From: a virus
IMG/VR virus record: IMGVR_UViG_3300040758_000047
Location: 32,504 to 96,503 of that record
Direction: 5' to 3' (one strand)
DNA length: 64,000 nt
The translations under genes were made by a program, and so were the position numbers. This document shows, piece after piece, positions 58,959 to 64,000 of this stretch. The notes under the pieces are model-generated. The model did not search any database. It saw only the letters and a program-made list of their open reading frames with translations, and was not told the DNA's origin. The first letter of the stretch is position 1; every line of letters begins with the position of its first letter.

Positions 58959-59369
58959 TCACATGATGACGATCATGACGTTCACATAGCACGTCGCCGC
59001 GCTGGCCTGGACGTACACTGCGCTTAGCGGGATTGCCATCCCTTCCCGATACAGGTATTGCGCTTGTCCAGCGCTCATCTTCAGGCCGTACCTTGTTAGG
59101 CTGAGATTTGAGTCGCCGACCATAACGTAGTTCCCTGCATTATTCTGGTCGGCTTGGATTTGGAGGGTGGCAACGTTTTGAAGGATCCCCCCACCCGTCG
59201 TAGTTGGGCTCAGCGTGGAATCTACGGCGATCAGCAATGGTAGAAGCTGGTGAGGGTTTGTGTCGCTGAGGGTGACCTGGATTCCGTAAAAAGCATTAAG
59301 CGCCACGAGGGTAGCCCCTTCTCCCTCACGGCAGTTCAGGAGTCCCACGTTGGACTGTTGTCGGGCCAC
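58959..59369 (-). CDS. small beta-sandwich protein
   Basis: LQIQADQNNAGNYVMVGDS; similar class to 8429-8785. Confidence 0.55.
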   Translation of the reverse strand: MARQQSNVGLLNCREGEGATLVALNAFYGIQVTLSDTNPHQLLPLLIAVDSTLSPTTTGGGILQNVATLQIQADQNNAGNYVMVGDSNLSLTRYGLKMSAGQAQYLYREGMAIPLSAVYVQASAATCYVNVMIVIM

Positions 59370-59967
59370 CCGCCACTCCCGACTAGGCTGGTGGCCCTTG
59401 CCTTATGGGTGCCTTACATCAAGTTTATCCTATCTCGTTCAAAGCAGGGAGTCAAGGGTCTTTAGTCTGGGCGCTTAATCGCTAAGCTGTCCCACGTGGG
59501 ACTATGCAGCCTGCCGAAGCCGCTCATCCGATTGGATAACCGGAAAGACTTTATTGCATAGTGGACAAACCACTTCAGTGGACACACCGAGAATTTGCTC
59601 TTTGAGGATTATGACTTCCTCGGCATCGAACCCGGCTTTCCAGAACAATTGGTCGTCCATGGGTGACCCACACTTTTGAGTGTACACCAAAAACGGCTAT
59701 TGACATAAAGAAAAGATGGGGCTACCGTCAAACTGTTCACGTTTCTCCGGCCAGAGAACGTGATCGCGGCAAAGACAAACGGGCAGGGAGTTCGGGCTAA
59801 TCCTCAGTCTAGCCTGAAAACCACGCCCGGCTCCCTCGTTTGTTTTGAGGGCTAGACGAAAGTCAACAGCGTCTTTAGTAGGGGCGGAAGAAAGTAGAGG
59901 ATCAGTGTGCCCAAAATAGGCGAGCGATTTAACCCGCCGGAGAATTTAGATCCTAACTGAGATTTGT

Positions 59968-61203
59968 ATGCCTAGATTCAAGAAACCAGGGTACACACAG
60001 ATCCCAAATGAAATCTTGGATGATCTAATGCCTTCTCTCACGGGCGCTCAACTGAAAGTTCTCTTGCTTATTTCCCGAAAGACTCTCGGTTTCCATCGCG
60101 ATTGCCATGCGATGAGTTTATCCGCGATCCGCTCTGGCACCGGACTATCGGAAAACGGCGTTCTGGAATCAGTTAGATCACTTGAGGATTCTGGTTTTAT
60201 TGTGGCGGAAAAGAGATTTATGGGGGACGGGATGCGACCCAGAGCTACCGAGTACTACCTAGGCATTGAGGATGATGACCAACACCTCACTGAGTGCGGT
60301 GTTGCCAATACTTCACAGGTAGATTCAATACCTCAACCAGTGAGGGATTCAATACCTCAACCAGTGAGGGATTCAATACCTCAACCAGTGAGGGATGTTA
60401 ATAAGGAGTCTAAAGAAACAAGTAAAGAAAATAGCAAGACAACCACTCTGGAACTTCTTGATCCGGTAGACCTCTCTGACCCCGTAGAGGACTTCGTCAA
60501 AAATGCGTACTCCCGAGAAAACAGGGCGGCGAAAATCGACAATCTAAGATCCAAGGCGTCGGCTTCCTTACGGGAACAGTTACATTCAGCCGAATCCAAC
60601 GTTGGGCCTGAGGAATTTCGCCAGTCGCTGGTCAAATATCTTCATTCTGAGTCTCCTTGGCTTCGTGAGCACAGATGGCCGCTATACGCATTCCTTAAGA
60701 CACAGGACACATCGCGTAATAACGGGCGATCCAAGGTCAGGACACCCCAAACTACCACCCCGACCCCACCGAAGCAGCCAGCGGTCTGTAATGCGCAGGA
60801 AACGGCATTTCCTGACGAGGCCAAAACGTGGAATCGGATCGTAGAGCACGGCACTAAAGTCGAGTTGTTTGATTGGAACATGGAGGAAGGGGAATTTCTT
60901 AACAGATGCCGTTCCTATGAAGATTTCGGACCTTCATGGGAGAAAATTTGCGGGAAGATCGAGGCCATCCTGCAATCAGAGAATCCAAAAGCGCAGTTTT
61001 TATCGACGTTTCACTGGATTATCAAAGAGCGCAAGAATTGGTGGAAGGTACTGAACGGGACCTACGATACTTTGATCCAAAGGCCGAACGGAAAGTCCCA
61101 CGTGGGACACGACCCGAACGCGGTAGTCGATGAGGCCCTAAGGATCATACGAGGTAAGCGCCGTGAGACTGGAACGCCGCGAGAAGACCAAACCCCTGGA
61201 TAA
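59968..61203 (+). CDS. phage replication initiator (lambda O-like N-terminal wHTH)
   Basis: GYTQIPNEILD...LKVLLLISRKTLGF...TGLS; internal iterons; upstream of dnaB. Confidence 0.8.
   Translation: MPRFKKPGYTQIPNEILDDLMPSLTGAQLKVLLLISRKTLGFHRDCHAMSLSAIRSGTGLSENGVLESVRSLEDSGFIVAEKRFMGDGMRPRATEYYLGIEDDDQHLTECGVANTSQVDSIPQPVRDSIPQPVRDSIPQPVRDVNKESKETSKENSKTTTLELLDPVDLSDPVEDFVKNAYSRENRAAKIDNLRSKASASLREQLHSAESNVGPEEFRQSLVKYLHSESPWLREHRWPLYAFLKTQDTSRNNGRSKVRTPQTTTPTPPKQPAVCNAQETAFPDEAKTWNRIVEHGTKVELFDWNMEEGEFLNRCRSYEDFGPSWEKICGKIEAILQSENPKAQFLSTFHWIIKERKNWWKVLNGTYDTLIQRPNGKSHVGHDPNAVVDEALRIIRGKRRETGTPREDQTPG
60322..60393 (+). repeat. three exact 24-bp iterons, probable replication origin
   Basis: GATTCAATACCTCAACCAGTGAGG x3, each with the internal inverted repeat CCTCA/TGAGG, followed by an A-rich tract. 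Confidence 0.8.
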
Positions 61204-61531
61204 ACGAACCGAGGATGTCGCAACGGCCCTACGGAAACTTCGGTTCATGCCGAGATTCCCCGAGGACCCCGACCAGTTGGCATTCGTTGCCGAGTTGATC
61301 GCCCGGTTTTGCGAAACACAGGATGTGAACGACGTAAAAGAGCCGGATGAGCCCGATGGCTTGAAGCATCGCGGCTGGTTCAATCCACTGGAGTGGCTCA
61401 TCAAAGAAGTCGGTTCAACGTACACCTTCTTCCCAACCCCAATCCAATTCAGGCGGGTTTACGATAAGGGGATTGTGAGCCCATTAGACGGCAAATCGGC
61501 CTTGGATCTTGAAAACGCGGTGGAGGATTGA
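61163..61531 (+). CDS. hypothetical protein (possible helicase loader)
   Basis: Between initiator and DnaB; FFPTP motif. Confidence 0.5.
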   Translation: MRLERREKTKPLDKRTEDVATALRKLRFMPRFPEDPDQLAFVAELIARFCETQDVNDVKEPDEPDGLKHRGWFNPLEWLIKEVGSTYTFFPTPIQFRRVYDKGIVSPLDGKSALDLENAVED

Positions 61532-62907
61532 GGTCGGTGGGCATCCCCAATCTAAGGATTCCGAGCAGCCCGGATAGTGAGCGATTTGTTCTTGGCTCTG
61601 TTCTCCTGGACCCATCCCATCTTGCGAAACACACTTTATCCCCAGAACTGTTTCATCTGGAGTCCAACCGCAGGATTCTTCGCCGAATACTCGAATTGAA
61701 AGAAGCGGGCCAAGAGATCGACCGCGTTACTGTTGCTGAGAGACTCTCGGCTTTTGGTGAACTTGAGTCCATCGGCGGGCTAAGTTACCTCGTCTCACTA
61801 GATGACGGTCTCCCCCAACTTCCAAATATCGGTGCATACATTAACACTTTACGGGAGAAGTCCGCCCTCCGAAAATTGCTGAGCGTCGGCCAAAAGCTCA
61901 TGACCCAGGCCAGCGCGGAGACGGAGCCCCCATCGAGATTGCTGCATGGTCTTGGCTCCTACGTTTCCAAAATGCAGATGGCCTACGATCCTGAGCCGCC
62001 ATCGAGAACGCCGCTGGAAATCATGCAGGCCCATCCTGGTGGAGTCACAGGGTTCTTGTCTGAAGGCATCAAGATGGGGCTCTCTACTGGGTTCCCACAA
62101 CTGGACGAGAGGATCATGGGCCTCCAGAAGGGAGGGTATTACGTTTTCGCCGGGGTCCCCAAGTCCGGCAAATCCAGTCTGGTTGAGAATATCGGCATCA
62201 ACTTGGCATCCTCGGGCCATCCCGGCGTGGTCTTCTCGGTTGAGATGTCCGAGAAACAGTGGGTGGCCAGAGCGCTATGCTCGATCGCGGAGGTCCCTTT
62301 GCGAATGTACGTCAAGAACGAACTTGACCGGGACCAGAGAAAGAACATCAACACCGCAGTGGCGACTATCGAGGAATTAAGTAATAACAAGCTGCTCTTT
62401 GTAGATGAGACGCCGGACCTCATGATTTCTGATTTTGAGCAACGAGTCGCCAGGGCGGTCCAGGAGAAGAAAATTGAATGGTTCGCTTTGGACTATCTGC
62501 AAATCCTGGATACTCACGCCGATAAGCACTTGAAGTTCTACAACGCCACCGAAGCGGTGACCTATGCGAGTAGCGTGTGCCGAAGGGTCTGCCGAAAGTA
62601 TGGGGTAATTGGGCTGGTAGTATCGTCACTAGCCAAGCCTGACCGCAAAAAACAATGCGAGAGGCCTACATACAATGACCTGAAACAATCGGGGCAGATC
62701 GCCTTTGACGCTTACGCGGTCATCATGATTCACCGGCCTGAAATGTTCAAACCGGGAGATTCGGCCTTACGCGGGAAAGCCGAAGCAATTGTTGGGTTGA
62801 CCCGCATGGGAGAAGCCGGAACGTGTCATCTGGAGTTCCGGTCTAGGTACACAAAGTTCATTGACAACGGGCCACCACCGGATGAATACCAAGAGGAGGA
62901 CGCATGA
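61528..62907 (+). CDS. dnaB: DnaB-like replicative helicase
   Basis: ERFVLGSVL, GGLSYL, GVPKSGKS, FSVEMS, DYLQ, LKQSGQI..DA. Confidence 0.92.
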   Translation: MRSVGIPNLRIPSSPDSERFVLGSVLLDPSHLAKHTLSPELFHLESNRRILRRILELKEAGQEIDRVTVAERLSAFGELESIGGLSYLVSLDDGLPQLPNIGAYINTLREKSALRKLLSVGQKLMTQASAETEPPSRLLHGLGSYVSKMQMAYDPEPPSRTPLEIMQAHPGGVTGFLSEGIKMGLSTGFPQLDERIMGLQKGGYYVFAGVPKSGKSSLVENIGINLASSGHPGVVFSVEMSEKQWVARALCSIAEVPLRMYVKNELDRDQRKNINTAVATIEELSNNKLLFVDETPDLMISDFEQRVARAVQEKKIEWFALDYLQILDTHADKHLKFYNATEAVTYASSVCRRVCRKYGVIGLVVSSLAKPDRKKQCERPTYNDLKQSGQIAFDAYAVIMIHRPEMFKPGDSALRGKAEAIVGLTRMGEAGTCHLEFRSRYTKFIDNGPPPDEYQEEDA

Positions 62908-63017
62908 TCTGCTGGTGCGGTGGCCGCCCCCAACAAAAATCTTGACTTTGCCCTTGACTCGCGTTATCGTCATAAGCGAATGAAGTTTTCCCCATCAACC
63001 ACAAGGAGCTTTTCCCA

Positions 63018-63809
63018 ATGCCAAGTACGGCTTTAGCAATTGCCAAGAAGAAATTAACCGACGAAGAACAGCAGATGATTACCGCCATGACGAAGCCGGG
63101 GGCGGTAATCGACGTTGTAGTACCCGCCGAAATCGATCCCAAGCAGTGGAAGTCCAACACCAGCCTCGTCTGCCGCGTCCTGATTCGGGCGCAAATGCAG
63201 GAACAAGTCATGATGCCCGTTCTGGGGCGGCTGTTAGTGATCGCCAAAAACACGCCGACCATCATCGAGGGGCACGAGTCCTTTGAAGCCTTCCTGAAGT
63301 CGGAGATTTACGAGAAGTACGGGGTCAGCCGGACAACCTGTTTTGAGTCCATCCAGATGTGCCGCTGGGAAGGGTTGACCATCAGCCAGTTCGAGGCCAT
63401 CGGGCGACGTAACTTCCGGTTGCTCAACCAGGCCGTCCCGAAGGGCGACGAGAAAGAGAAGTGGGCCAAAGCCTTGCTGGCCAAAGCCTCCGAACTAACG
63501 GAAGAGGAACTCGAAGAGTATTGCGAGGAAAAGGGCTACTTCGCGAAGGGTGAGGCCCAAGGGGCGCATTTCAAGTTCGCCTGCAACAAGCGCCAACTCA
63601 AGGACGCAAAGAAATGGTACGACGATCCCCGCGTCCATGCGGCGGTTGGCAGCGAGAGCCCAGCGGACATCCATGACGCGATGATCGCGGAGTGTTCGGC
63701 AGAATGGTTCAACCGGGGGCAGAAGATCCTCGATGAGCGTAAAGCAGCCGAAGAGGCCGACGAGAAACGCACAGCTGACGCCGAGGAGGCCGAGGGAGTC
63801 GAGGCGTGA
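63018..63809 (+). CDS. hypothetical protein
   Basis: AAGGAG RBS. Confidence 0.6.
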   Translation: MPSTALAIAKKKLTDEEQQMITAMTKPGAVIDVVVPAEIDPKQWKSNTSLVCRVLIRAQMQEQVMMPVLGRLLVIAKNTPTIIEGHESFEAFLKSEIYEKYGVSRTTCFESIQMCRWEGLTISQFEAIGRRNFRLLNQAVPKGDEKEKWAKALLAKASELTEEELEEYCEEKGYFAKGEAQGAHFKFACNKRQLKDAKKWYDDPRVHAAVGSESPADIHDAMIAECSAEWFNRGQKILDERKAAEEADEKRTADAEEAEGVEA

Positions 63810-63875
63810 CGACGTTCGCGGAGTTTCAGCAGGGGTGTGCTATAGCCCCTCTGGTCGTCATTCGGTCACACAGTC

Positions 63876-64000
63876 GTAAGCAACCGCGCGGCTGAAGCCG
63901 GCGGCTTTGTAACTAAGCCATGCTAAACAGCAGCACAACTCGCTACGTTCGGCCCGCTTACAGTGGCCCTGCCAGCTATTACCCTGGCAGCGTTGGTATC
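63876..64000 (+). mobile_element. IS200/IS605-type miniature element, copy 2 (cut by window end)
   Basis: 125 nt identical to 45141-45265. Confidence 0.7.

Noticed and set aside
1049-60607. Weak palindrome matches at about 1054, 10807, 26547 and 60594
   Set aside because: Half-sites or three or more mismatches; excluded from the count.

Overview
The whole window looks like part of a tailed dsDNA phage genome; no integrase, tRNA, rRNA or CRISPR array is visible. The host is probably Acidobacteriota, inferred from a captured ClpC N-terminal domain and the style of the signal-peptide proteins. A leftward (minus-strand) arm, about 1-34.5 kb, carries a GT-B glycosyltransferase, Gly/Ser/Thr-rich fibre-like proteins, major capsid, scaffold, portal, terminase, ParB and TnpB. 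A rightward early/recombination arm, about 35-50 kb, carries a RecT-like protein, PD-(D/E)XK nuclease, KTSC protein, SF2 helicase and HicB. A leftward lysis/secreted-protein block lies at about 50.7-59.4 kb, followed by a rightward replication block (initiator with iterons, DnaB). Main observations: (1) The major capsid gene is split by two tandem ORF-less group I introns around a 35-nt micro-exon; the ORF track misses this, and splicing rebuilds a clean 326-aa protein. (2) About 19 copies of a parS-like palindrome (GTCCCACGTGGGAC) are spread over the window, one directly in front of the phage parB gene. (3) A solo TnpB with intact catalytic residues has a 3' tail identical over 44 nt to the phage's own nuclease gene. 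(4) A proteasome-type Ntn protease gene sits next to a stand-alone ClpC N-domain. (5) Many fibre-like and beta-rich proteins carry signal peptides. (6) An intein sits at the active site of a papain-like protease. Several internal duplications and two IS200/IS605-type miniature elements are also present. All family assignments come from motif recognition by eye, not database searches.
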